A stretch of DNA of 17,044 nt from an uncultured Nitrososphaerales archaeon (GTDB lineage: Archaea; Thermoproteota; Nitrososphaeria; Nitrososphaerales; Nitrososphaeraceae): NCBI GenBank assembly GCA_963695855.1, contig CAVOHZ010000011.1, forward strand, positions 1 to 17,044, in the 5' to 3' direction. Position numbers and translations under genes: made by a program. Below the pieces are notes generated by a model that saw only the letters and a program-made list of their open reading frames with translations, was not told where the DNA came from and ran no database searches. Position 1 is the first letter of the stretch; every line of letters starts with the position of its first letter. Below, in pieces: positions 7,919 through 16,361 of this stretch.

Positions 7919-9274
7919 TCAATATCTAATTCTAGAATATATATCTTCAATGTTCCATAAATGTTCTGGAACACCTTGAAGAGTTTTAGTTTTTCGTTTC
8001 TCTTTTGTTATATTTTTTAAAATAATTCCTTGCTTGGCCAGATCATGTACAATCATTGCAGCCATTGGTAATGCACCAGTTGCACCAGGTGAATTATAAT
8101 TCAGGATATGCAACGATGAGACATCCTTTAATAAGATAGTATCTGGTATAAATGAACCTTGATTATTTATTAGAACCAATCTTATTCCAGAAATTCCTCT
8201 ACTATTAAATTTCTTAGGATCTATCAATGGAAGAAATTGTTTTACTCTATTTATCATGGCTTTTTTAGATAATGAGCTATTTGTTTCTGTTAATATCAGA
8301 GAAAGAAATTCTTTCTCCATAACTAGTGACCAAAACCCCTTTTTTCTTACTACTTCTTGTATTCTTGGAAACACTTCTCTAAAATTTTTTCTTATGTTAT
8401 ATGCATAGGCTCCACAAACTGGTAGCGCATTTGGGCCGACCTCACAATGACCATCAATCCTTACAATCCAATGAGGATCAAGAAAAGGAAATTTCTTTTG
8501 TCTAGGCACCGAGTAAATACTACGAGACGTTAAAGATTCATATTCCTTAGGTGAAATCCAGTATTCTCCTCTAAAATATAAGTTAATAAAGCCTTTTCCA
8601 ATTCCGAAAGAATGTGCAATTTCAAGAGAATTTCCTCCAGCAGCGTTGACGATGTAGTCGGTCTGAATTGTTTTTTCCTTCCCTTTGTCGGATCGTATTG
8701 TTATTGTGTTTTGACCCTCCGACGACTTTATTCCTTTTACCTTGTGAGAAAAAAGGATATTCCCTCCTCTAAATAGATAATCTTCCTTTAAAAACTTAGT
8801 TAGGAGAGAGTAATCTACACTTGCATCTCTTCTGCAGTATATCGATGCCCTGCATTTGACATTAGGTTCAATTTTTTGTGTCTGATTGAAATCAAGAAAA
8901 GAAATATCATTCTCATCGAGCCCATTTTTTATTCCCCATTCTAAATATTTCCTTAGAGTATCTATGTCTTTATCTTCTTTTGCGATTTCTATTACTCCAT
9001 CGTTTTTAAAATAAATATTCTTAGACTGAGAATATTTTTCCCACATCTCGTATCCTAAGTAAGCAATTTTTCCAAAAATTTTCTTTTTTTCTGGATCATA
9101 TAAGAAAGGTGAATGAACTTTTCCAGTGTTTCTAGAACTTGTGTGGTATCCCACATCTTTTTCCTGTTCAATGATTATTGTATTAGCTTCACTATTTAAT
9201 GCCAAAAAATATCCAATAGAAACCCCTAATATTCCTCCACCAATGATTGCAATATTGTATTTTTTTTCTTCCAC
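7919..9274 (-). CDS. FAD-dependent oxidoreductase, L-2-hydroxyglutarate oxidase (LhgO)-like
   Basis: Motifs IAIIGGGILG, HTSSRNTGKVH, VNAAGG, FRGEY, FPFLDPH, VGPNA and NYNSPGATGA. Confidence 0.88.
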   Translation of the reverse strand: MEEKKYNIAIIGGGILGVSIGYFLALNSEANTIIIEQEKDVGYHTSSRNTGKVHSPFLYDPEKKKIFGKIAYLGYEMWEKYSQSKNIYFKNDGVIEIAKEDKDIDTLRKYLEWGIKNGLDENDISFLDFNQTQKIEPNVKCRASIYCRRDASVDYSLLTKFLKEDYLFRGGNILFSHKVKGIKSSEGQNTITIRSDKGKEKTIQTDYIVNAAGGNSLEIAHSFGIGKGFINLYFRGEYWISPKEYESLTSRSIYSVPRQKKFPFLDPHWIVRIDGHCEVGPNALPVCGAYAYNIRKNFREVFPRIQEVVRKKGFWSLVMEKEFLSLILTETNSSLSKKAMINRVKQFLPLIDPKKFNSRGISGIRLVLINNQGSFIPDTILLKDVSSLHILNYNSPGATGALPMAAMIVHDLAKQGIILKNITKEKRKTKTLQGVPEHLWNIEDIYSRIRY

Positions 9275-9471
9275 CGTTTGTTTAGGATTAGATAAATGTA
9301 ATTCTAATATGATTTTTTTTATTAACAGATACGAAATGTATCTTGTTTTAGTATAATCTTTATTATCAAGACTCTATTTTTACATTATCTTTCCGTTATT
9401 AATTATTTAATTGAAAATATAAATGGATACAGAGAATATCCTATTTTTTTATATTTATTATTATTTTTATA

Positions 9472-9801
9472 CTACCTTTTGATGTCGACTTGTAAAATCT
9501 CTCCTACCTGCGGATTTCCCATAATTTGATATTTTCTTTTTGGCATTGTTATCTGTATAACGGTTTTAGGATATGTTTTGATGACTGTCTGTGGTTGTGA
9601 TTTTAATATAGCTTCTAGTAAGGGTTTTATCTGTTGTTTGACCTCGTCGTCTGTTACTGTTCTATCCACAGCCTCCAATATCATCTGTTGCTGTGAAATA
9701 GGTTCTAATTCTATATCTTCACTCAAAGATAATGTAACATTGGATCCATTGTCCACCAATTGTTTTATCATATACTTACTTGTTGCCTCAGAATTTTCCA
9801 A
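9472..9801 (-). CDS. Small protein resembling arcadin-1
   Basis: Beta-beta, helical insert (IKPLLEAILKSQP), then IQITMPKRKYQIMGNPQVGEILQVDI, which recalls the arcadin-1 C-terminus. The start may be the ATG of MIKQ rather than TTG 9801. Confidence 0.6.
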   Translation of the reverse strand: MENSEATSKYMIKQLVDNGSNVTLSLSEDIELEPISQQQMILEAVDRTVTDDEVKQQIKPLLEAILKSQPQTVIKTYPKTVIQITMPKRKYQIMGNPQVGEILQVDIKR

Positions 9802-9908
9802 ATTTTTATTACAAAGTAAAAAATAAATATAATATTATTAATTGTTATTTTTTTATATTTTTACAATTCAAGTCAAAATATTGACTCAAAATAATATTGT
9901 TGAGTATT

Positions 9909-10226
9909 TTAAACAGAATACATTATTCCACCAGATACAATTGGCACTTGTTCAACTTTGGCAAGTTCTTTGATCCTAGCTATTATTGCATTGAACCACA
10001 AGCTATCTATACCTTGACTCCATATCGTTATCTTTTTGTAACTTTTTTTTATGCCATCGTGAAAATAGCCGGAGCAATCTTCTGCGGTAATATTGCAGTA
10101 TTTTTGACTAACCTCTTCTATTACATCTGAAGCACTTTCAGGTAAATACAAAATAGTTAGGGTCGGAAAGGGGATTGTACTAGACGTTTCTGTTGAACTG
10201 CTGCTATTCTTTTCGTTCATTTTCAA
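9909..10226 (-). CDS. Hypothetical protein (105 aa)
   Basis: ORF track; same strand as the flanking genes; alternating beta/alpha pattern. Confidence 0.75.
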   Translation of the reverse strand: MKMNEKNSSSSTETSSTIPFPTLTILYLPESASDVIEEVSQKYCNITAEDCSGYFHDGIKKSYKKITIWSQGIDSLWFNAIIARIKELAKVEQVPIVSGGIMYSV

Positions 10227-10322
10227 TAGATTAAATATTTCCTGTAATAAGTAAATTTCGTCTTCATTGTATTGGTTATAAGACTAAAAATTCATAATTC
10301 TTTGTAAAGGTATTAGAAATAT

Positions 10323-11084
10323 TTAAGATTCTGTTATCAACGAGATTATTTTCTCCAAGTTTTTCCTGTTTTTCTCCTTCTTATACTCTCTTAGATTCTC
10401 AACCATCAAGTCTTCCTTGTTAAAATCCAATATCTTTTTTATTTTTTTTGCAAGTAATCCACCTAAAATTAGAGAATGTGTTATCGATGTAACATTTGTA
10501 GTTTTTCTATTGATTGAAGAGCTCTCAAAATCTATTATAACAACTTTTTTTTCATATGAGATAATTATATGGTTATCTATTCTTGTTAATTCACCATGGT
10601 CAAGATAGATTCCATCTAAGTGATAACATTGTTCCAAGATTTCATTTATTACCTTTTTTACAGCCTGTTTGGAAATTAGATTATTGCAATTACCCTGTTC
10701 ATCAATCCATAGAGAAATTTTTTTTCCATCTATTAGTTCCATTAGAATAAAATCTTTTTTCTGATCTATGAGTTTTGGACCAATATCTAGTATATTTGCA
10801 ATTATCATCATTTTTGCTTCTTCATGTGAATTCTTTCTAGGAGAATCAGATCTTCTGATTTTTAAGGCAAGATTCTTCCCCCTGTTCGTGTTTACTTTGA
10901 CAACTATGCCAGAGTGACCTTTTCCAAGAATATCTAAATTATGTATTTTTGTAGGACCAGAAATGATAATTTCTTCTATCCCCAGATCAATTAATTCTTT
11001 AACCCTTTCTTGATATACAAAATGATCAAATTTTGGATACGAAATTAAATGCTGTACTATTGGAGAATTTATATCAATCTTCAA
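10323..11084 (-). CDS. Archaeal Ser/Thr kinase-like protein (RIO/Bud32-related)
   Basis: Gly-loop LGKGHSGIV, ALKIRR, HGEL and IIDFE. Overlaps cca by 11 nt. Confidence 0.88.
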   Translation of the reverse strand: MKIDINSPIVQHLISYPKFDHFVYQERVKELIDLGIEEIIISGPTKIHNLDILGKGHSGIVVKVNTNRGKNLALKIRRSDSPRKNSHEEAKMMIIANILDIGPKLIDQKKDFILMELIDGKKISLWIDEQGNCNNLISKQAVKKVINEILEQCYHLDGIYLDHGELTRIDNHIIISYEKKVVIIDFESSSINRKTTNVTSITHSLILGGLLAKKIKKILDFNKEDLMVENLREYKKEKNRKNLEKIISLITES

Positions 11085-12570
11085 AGATCATCGAATTCTT
11101 GAATATAAAGTCATATAATACATCCTGATATATAGGATCCTTTCTTATTTTTTTACTATTTAGGAAAAATAATCCAACTCCTTTCTTGAGGTCAGATCTC
11201 AATCCTTTTGGAATTCCTATCTCTGTGTTACTGGTTATTGCTTCCTTTAAGAATTCTATTATGTCATCATTCTTTCGTTCCTTCAGACAAGAAATTTTCA
11301 TTTCCTCATTTATCCAAGTGAATATTGAATTGTTCTTGTTTTTTTTGATAAAATTGCTAACTTCGTCTTTCATAAAAACGTCTGGTCCTTTATTAACCAT
11401 ATAGAAAGGTAACTTTTTAAATTCTAATAATAATATGATTAGTGCAAGATTGCACTCATCTTTTATGTAGCATTGACTTTTTAATATATTGAAGTCAATA
11501 CTATTTGTTTGATTGACAATGGCTTTTGTCAGTTTCTTTAATTGTCCGGATATTACATCTGGGCTTCTAGTACTGTAATGAAATTTCATAACGACCAAAT
11601 TTGAAAGTATATCACTTTTTCTCTGATCCGCAACTACTTTGGTTACTTTGTTAAATGATTGTTGAAAGTTAAAAAAGTACATCGAAGGATGTTTCAAAAA
11701 AGTTCTGGAAGCCATTATGAATTTTGATAAACTTTCAGCTGAGATAGCAGCACCTAGATTTCTATTTTCATCAATTGGGTCGATAATGATTATGGGACTA
11801 TGAAATTTGGTTTCGTCAATTTCTTTATTTTCATATGTAGAAATCACGGTTTCTTTTTTTTCCAAATTTGAAATATTTACTAGCACATCTTTAAATGTAT
11901 TATATTTTAAAACCAATACTTCAGAAACATATCCACTAAATCCAGAGGTAAGCATTTCTGCTCCATAGATTCCAATAGTTTTTAAAAATTTTTTTAAAAT
12001 TCGTACTTGATCCTTATGATCCTTTGATAAATTCTTGGTCATATATTCTGTGTGATATTGGGATCTATCTGCAGCACTTTTCCAATTACCTTTTTCTACG
12101 GCATAGCAAGGTACTATGTTGATTCTGACTTGACACTCTTTTTTGTTTTTCCATACAAAACCCTCGACATAAGGATGTTCTGAAAATCTTGTTCTTGGTG
12201 TGTACTTGGATAGTGATTTGAAACCAATGTCCATGGCAATTCCCTCAAAATGACTTTCGCTAACTTTTTTGTCTATTAAAATGAAAATATCAATATCTGT
12301 GTCATTTTTTAGGTTTGTTCCTTTTGCAAATGAACCACCAGACTTTATAGCTACCACTTCTGGCACCAAGTTATTCTTGATTTCATTTATTATCTCTTTT
12401 TCAACGGAACGTAGTGTTTTTAATTCCAGTTTATTGGGTTGGCATGCTTTCAACGCTTTTTGAATAACTCTATCAAGATCCAGTGCAATGTGATTTTTGA
12501 TGCTATTATTACTTGTGGTAGCCGTCACTTGATTTTTGATTTTTGAATTTGTTTTATTTTTTGTTATCAT
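11074..12570 (-). CDS. cca: Class I (archaeal) CCA-adding tRNA nucleotidyltransferase
   Basis: GGSFAKGTNLKNDTDIDIFI nucleotidyltransferase motif, plus SEHPYV, SAADRSQYH, GIYGAE, GFSGY and IDPIDENRNLGAA. Confidence 0.96.
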   Translation of the reverse strand: MITKNKTNSKIKNQVTATTSNNSIKNHIALDLDRVIQKALKACQPNKLELKTLRSVEKEIINEIKNNLVPEVVAIKSGGSFAKGTNLKNDTDIDIFILIDKKVSESHFEGIAMDIGFKSLSKYTPRTRFSEHPYVEGFVWKNKKECQVRINIVPCYAVEKGNWKSAADRSQYHTEYMTKNLSKDHKDQVRILKKFLKTIGIYGAEMLTSGFSGYVSEVLVLKYNTFKDVLVNISNLEKKETVISTYENKEIDETKFHSPIIIIDPIDENRNLGAAISAESLSKFIMASRTFLKHPSMYFFNFQQSFNKVTKVVADQRKSDILSNLVVMKFHYSTRSPDVISGQLKKLTKAIVNQTNSIDFNILKSQCYIKDECNLALIILLLEFKKLPFYMVNKGPDVFMKDEVSNFIKKNKNNSIFTWINEEMKISCLKERKNDDIIEFLKEAITSNTEIGIPKGLRSDLKKGVGLFFLNSKKIRKDPIYQDVLYDFIFKNSMIFED

Positions 12571-12587
12571 CTTTTTTCACTTTGTAT

Positions 12588-13145
12588 TTATCTATTGATG
12601 GCATAAACTGTTAATAGGTTGGAGTAAATCGGCCCAGTTGGTCTGATATCACTTTTCTTTAGATAAATCTTATCAATTGTATCCTGTCCAAATTTCATGC
12701 CCTCATATTTTTTACATATCTCTTTTATGTTTTGGATCTTTGTTTTCACCCTAAAGATAGTTAGATGCGGTACAAATTTATTGTCCGTTTTAAAGCCAAT
12801 TTGCTTCATTTTTTCGTTAATCATATTAAATATCTTTACTAGATCTTTGGTCCCCTCTTCATCTATCCCTATCCACATTATCTTTGGAAACATTATAGAA
12901 GGGAATACTCCTATGCCGCTATACACTAATATCGTTTTCTCAAATTTTATTTGCGAAATTTCTTTTTTAACGGCTTCTACTTGAGAGTCATTTATCTCTC
13001 CTAAAAAAAATAATGTAAAATGCAAATTATTTACATCAACCGGTTTTAGATAGTTTTTATTCGCAATAACTTGATCTAAAACCTCTTGCTGTATCTCTCT
13101 AAACCTATCTTTTATTTCACAGTCTACAGCAATGAATGTTCTCAT
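12588..13145 (-). CDS. thpR: RNA 2',3'-cyclic phosphodiesterase (2H family, LigT/ThpR)
   Basis: MRTFIAV start, two HxT motifs (NLHFTL, VPHLTI) and C-terminal GPIY. Confidence 0.94.
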   Translation of the reverse strand: MRTFIAVDCEIKDRFREIQQEVLDQVIANKNYLKPVDVNNLHFTLFFLGEINDSQVEAVKKEISQIKFEKTILVYSGIGVFPSIMFPKIMWIGIDEEGTKDLVKIFNMINEKMKQIGFKTDNKFVPHLTIFRVKTKIQNIKEICKKYEGMKFGQDTIDKIYLKKSDIRPTGPIYSNLLTVYAINR

Positions 13146-13225
13146 TATGGATAGTCAAAAAACTAAAAACATATAATCATATCTTTTTAATATATCTTGT
13201 TAGATTAGTCTGAATATTAGTTTAT

Positions 13226-13254
13226 GATCGGCTTCTGTAGCCGATCGGCTTTTA
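13226..13254. repeat. GC-rich inverted-repeat/palindrome element; possible terminator or binding site
   Basis: GATCGGCT-tctgt-AGCCGATC forms an 8-bp hairpin. The overlapping AGCCGATCGGCT (13239-13250) is a perfect palindrome followed by TTTT. Confidence 0.55.
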
Positions 13255-13318
13255 TGGATCTGAATTTTTTTATAATTCAGTTGTATCTTTAGTAATTAGA
13301 TTTTTAGATTATATATTT

Positions 13319-13873
13319 TCAACTGTCTTTTTCTTGCATTATTTTATTGAAAACTCTGTCTATCTCTTCTATAGATTCGATATCTATATCCTTGTAGTCT
13401 TTTTTTAGGATATCTTCCAACATGCTTTTAGTAAATGTTTTCATTTCAAAATGCTCAATCCCATCCATTAATTTACAATTTGTTTGTTGACATGTTTCAA
13501 CATTTGTTGTAGGTTCCAAAGTATGTAATGCATCACCAATATCATGAATTAACGAAATCCTAATAGATGTCTGTTCGATGACCTTTTTTGATGTATCTAG
13601 AATTCCAATATCCCTTCTGATTCTATTCAATTCTTCAAATAGCTGTCTTGCTTCTTTATGTCTGCCTTTTTTAATTAGATCTAAAATCTTCATTAGCGTC
13701 TTATTTTCTTTTTCTTTTAATAGTGGATAAGCCTGATTTATTTTAGACATTCTTTCAGGAAAATCACTGATGGAAAAAATATCACTCTTTTTTGAGTCTA
13801 GCGGAGGATCTTCTTTATCATTTTTATCGTATACTTTTTTATGATCTGGTGTTTTCCTAAAGAAATTCCACAT
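13319..13873 (-). CDS. Divergent ESCRT-III (CdvB/Snf7-like) protein
   Basis: EARQLFEELNRIRR...KKVIEQTSIRISLIHDIGDALHTLEP matches the CdvB core pattern (A..ya.ELaeiRk...LEQi.lRl.t..dlGD...tL.P). Confidence 0.7.
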   Translation of the reverse strand: MWNFFRKTPDHKKVYDKNDKEDPPLDSKKSDIFSISDFPERMSKINQAYPLLKEKENKTLMKILDLIKKGRHKEARQLFEELNRIRRDIGILDTSKKVIEQTSIRISLIHDIGDALHTLEPTTNVETCQQTNCKLMDGIEHFEMKTFTKSMLEDILKKDYKDIDIESIEEIDRVFNKIMQEKDS

Positions 13874-14383
13874 GTCAAAAGAAATCTTTTTTTGATTTAA
13901 TAATATCGTTGTTTGTTTATGTAAATTAATTGATTAACTTTGTTAAAGATCGTGACTAATTGTATTTAGTAAATAATTAATTGGATTTGGGACGTAGTAA
14001 GGAAAAAACGAAGATAGTTCTGTGTAAATCGAAATATTTTCAATAATCTATTATTTTATTATTTTAAATTCTTATTTTAGATTACTCGATTTATACTCTA
14101 TCGACTTTACTTTTATCGATTGTCAATCTACTATTGTGTTAATTTCTTTCTATCTGCTTATTTTTAAGAAGTAGATTTTAAGTGATAATAGGTAACATAT
14201 TAGGTTTATTTAAGCAATTTTTCCAACCCTTGATGAAATACATAAAAGCAAAAATAAACGTTTGATTTTGTAAATTCAGCTAATAGAATTAATTATTTGA
14301 AATGGATTAATTAAAGAATTCACAATTTTGACTATTCTATTATCTGTAAACTTAAAATAATTGGAAGATTCTTTCAGTGTATT

Positions 14384-15334
14384 ATGTGGAAAGTAATGAT
14401 GCCTAAAAAAATAGTTTTTGGGGCAAATGCTGCAAAGGAGTTTGAATATCCAAAAAATTCTTTGATTATTACTACTACTAGCCCAGAAGTTTATGAGAAA
14501 TGGACAGAGTACATGGGAGTTACAAATTACGAGATTTATGATAAAGTTACTCCGGATCCTTCCATTGAAACAATTGAAAAGATAAAGAATGAATTTGAAG
14601 GAAAGAATATCTCTACTTACGTCGGACTTGGTGGTGGGAGCTCTATGGATGTCTGTAAATATCTTAGTAAATTGACTGGTGTTCCAAAGATTCTCATTCC
14701 GACGACATTTGGAACGGGAGCAGAAATGACTACCTATGCTGTGGTAAGCTTTAGTCACAAGAAAAAACTCTTACAAGATGAAGCCTTTCTGGCTGATACG
14801 GCAATAGTTGATCCGTACTTCCTACCAGGAACACCATTTAATATCATGAGAAATTCAGCTTGCGATGCCGCTGCTCAAGCTTCTGAGGGATATGATAGCA
14901 AAATTGGAAATCCATTTACAAGATTTTTCTGTAAAGAGGCATTTGATATCCTTGAAGATGCAATAATAAATGACAAACCTGACCTTCTTCCATATGGAGC
15001 TATGCTATCTGGAATTGGTTTTGGCAACTCTTCTACAACTTTGGGACACGCACTTTCATACGTATTTTCTAATGAAGGTGTACCACATGGCTATTCTCTT
15101 TCTTCTTGTACTACAGTAGCACACAAATTTAACAACTCCATTTTCTATGAAAGATTCAAGAAGATATGTCAAAAGCTAAAATTCGAACCTCTTACTTTAA
15201 AACAGCCACTTGATGAAGCAGCAGATGTGATCATGCCAGACAGAGGTCATCTTGATAACAATCCAATCGAAGTTACAAAAGAAGATATTATCAAGTGTCT
15301 AGACGAGATTCTGAATAAAAATCCACTAGCATAA
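14384..15334 (+). CDS. Iron-containing alcohol dehydrogenase family; probable malonic semialdehyde reductase of the thaumarchaeal 3-hydroxypropionate/4-hydroxybutyrate cycle
   Basis: GLGGGSSMD, PTTFGTGAEMTTY, CDAAAQASEGYDSK and STTLGHALSYVFSNEGVPHGYSLSSCTTVAHK closely match my recollection of the Nitrosopumilus enzyme. TATA-like TTAAAATA at 14352. Confidence 0.88.
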   Translation: MWKVMMPKKIVFGANAAKEFEYPKNSLIITTTSPEVYEKWTEYMGVTNYEIYDKVTPDPSIETIEKIKNEFEGKNISTYVGLGGGSSMDVCKYLSKLTGVPKILIPTTFGTGAEMTTYAVVSFSHKKKLLQDEAFLADTAIVDPYFLPGTPFNIMRNSACDAAAQASEGYDSKIGNPFTRFFCKEAFDILEDAIINDKPDLLPYGAMLSGIGFGNSSTTLGHALSYVFSNEGVPHGYSLSSCTTVAHKFNNSIFYERFKKICQKLKFEPLTLKQPLDEAADVIMPDRGHLDNNPIEVTKEDIIKCLDEILNKNPLA

Positions 15335-15484
15335 TTTTTTACTATCATTTGCTTATACAGGATATGGTTATTAACAGTGTAAAGGTTACAATAAAAAAAG
15401 TAAATCGTAAATCTGTTTTAATATAATGATACCAGTAAGAAACCTTTAAATTCATAATATTGAATATGAAGTGCAGATAGGGTT

Positions 15485-16090
15485 ATGACTACAACTATAA
15501 ACAAGTCGATGACAATTAACTCTCCAGTTAGCGAAGTTTTTACGTATTTTGCTCGTCCTGAACATATGGCTGATCAATTTCCAGAAAACATGGGACTCAA
15601 TGTTATTCCAATTGAAGTAAAAAATGGTTTTGGTATAGGGACAATTTTTAGAATAAGTGGCGATTTCGATGGTAAAAGATTAGAATGGGATTGTGAAACC
15701 ATTGACTATATTCCCCATAGAAAGATTGTTGCAAAAATGATCGAAGGTCCATTCAAAAAATGGAAAATAGAGGTCGATTTTGAAGAAATTGGCGAAAAGA
15801 CAACGAAAACAATGATTAAAGTTGACTATGATATGCCAATGGGTCCCTTAGGAGGATTTCTTGACAAGGTAAAGCTGAAGAAAATTGCAGAGAGGGGAAT
15901 TGAGAATGGATTGTATAATGTGAAAGCTTTGTTGGAAGGTACAGGTTCAATTCCAGTGTATATAACCTTGGATGCCTATAGAATAATTCTAAAAGAAAAA
16001 GAAAGATTGAATTGTTCTGTTTCTGAAACGATAGTAAAATTGTTTGAAAATAATAAAGAGCAAACTACGGTTACCGAACACACAGTATAA
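15485..16090 (+). CDS. SRPBCC (START/polyketide cyclase-like) protein with a C-terminal RHH-like extension
   Basis: INSPVSEVFTYFARPEHM start, EGPFKKW, and VDYDMPMGPLGGFLD. Tail: IPVYITLDAYRIILKEKERLNCSVSETIVKLFE. Confidence 0.85.
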   Translation: MTTTINKSMTINSPVSEVFTYFARPEHMADQFPENMGLNVIPIEVKNGFGIGTIFRISGDFDGKRLEWDCETIDYIPHRKIVAKMIEGPFKKWKIEVDFEEIGEKTTKTMIKVDYDMPMGPLGGFLDKVKLKKIAERGIENGLYNVKALLEGTGSIPVYITLDAYRIILKEKERLNCSVSETIVKLFENNKEQTTVTEHTV

Positions 16091-16331
16091 GATATACGTA
16101 CTCTGGAGTCAAGAATTTCATATATTTCTCCTTTGAGTTTGTTAAATTTTATCTTTTTTCCCATTTATTTTTGAATTTGATATTTATTTTAAAGCAACAA
16201 TTCATATTTACGGTCAAATGATTTCAATTTGCTCTCAGATGATTTCGAGTTACTCGGAGTTAATCCATGATTAAAAATTCTCAAATTTAACATAATTAAT
16301 AAACATCGATATAACAAAATCATATGTTATC

Positions 16332-16339
16332 TTTATAAA
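16332..16339 (+). promoter_or_regulatory. TATA box for the zinc-finger gene (probably leaderless)
   Basis: TTTATAAA 23-30 nt upstream of the ATG at 16362. Confidence 0.55.
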
Positions 16340-16361
16340 TAAATTTTCTTTATGTTCAGAA

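Noticed and set aside
5108-12984. Short antisense ORFs (5108, 5657, 6604, 6743, 9126, 9578, 9897, 10417, 11186, 12269, 12697)
   Set aside because: All lie opposite well-supported genes and carry no motifs; shadow ORFs.
14276-14758. 160-aa minus-strand ORF
   Set aside because: Antisense to the highly conserved Fe-ADH gene; no recognisable features.
15976-16164. 62-aa minus-strand ORF
   Set aside because: Overlaps the SRPBCC 3' end in antisense; low complexity.
16246-16256. Small palindrome CGAGT-T-ACTCG
   Set aside because: Only 5-bp arms and no second copy; cannot be told from chance.
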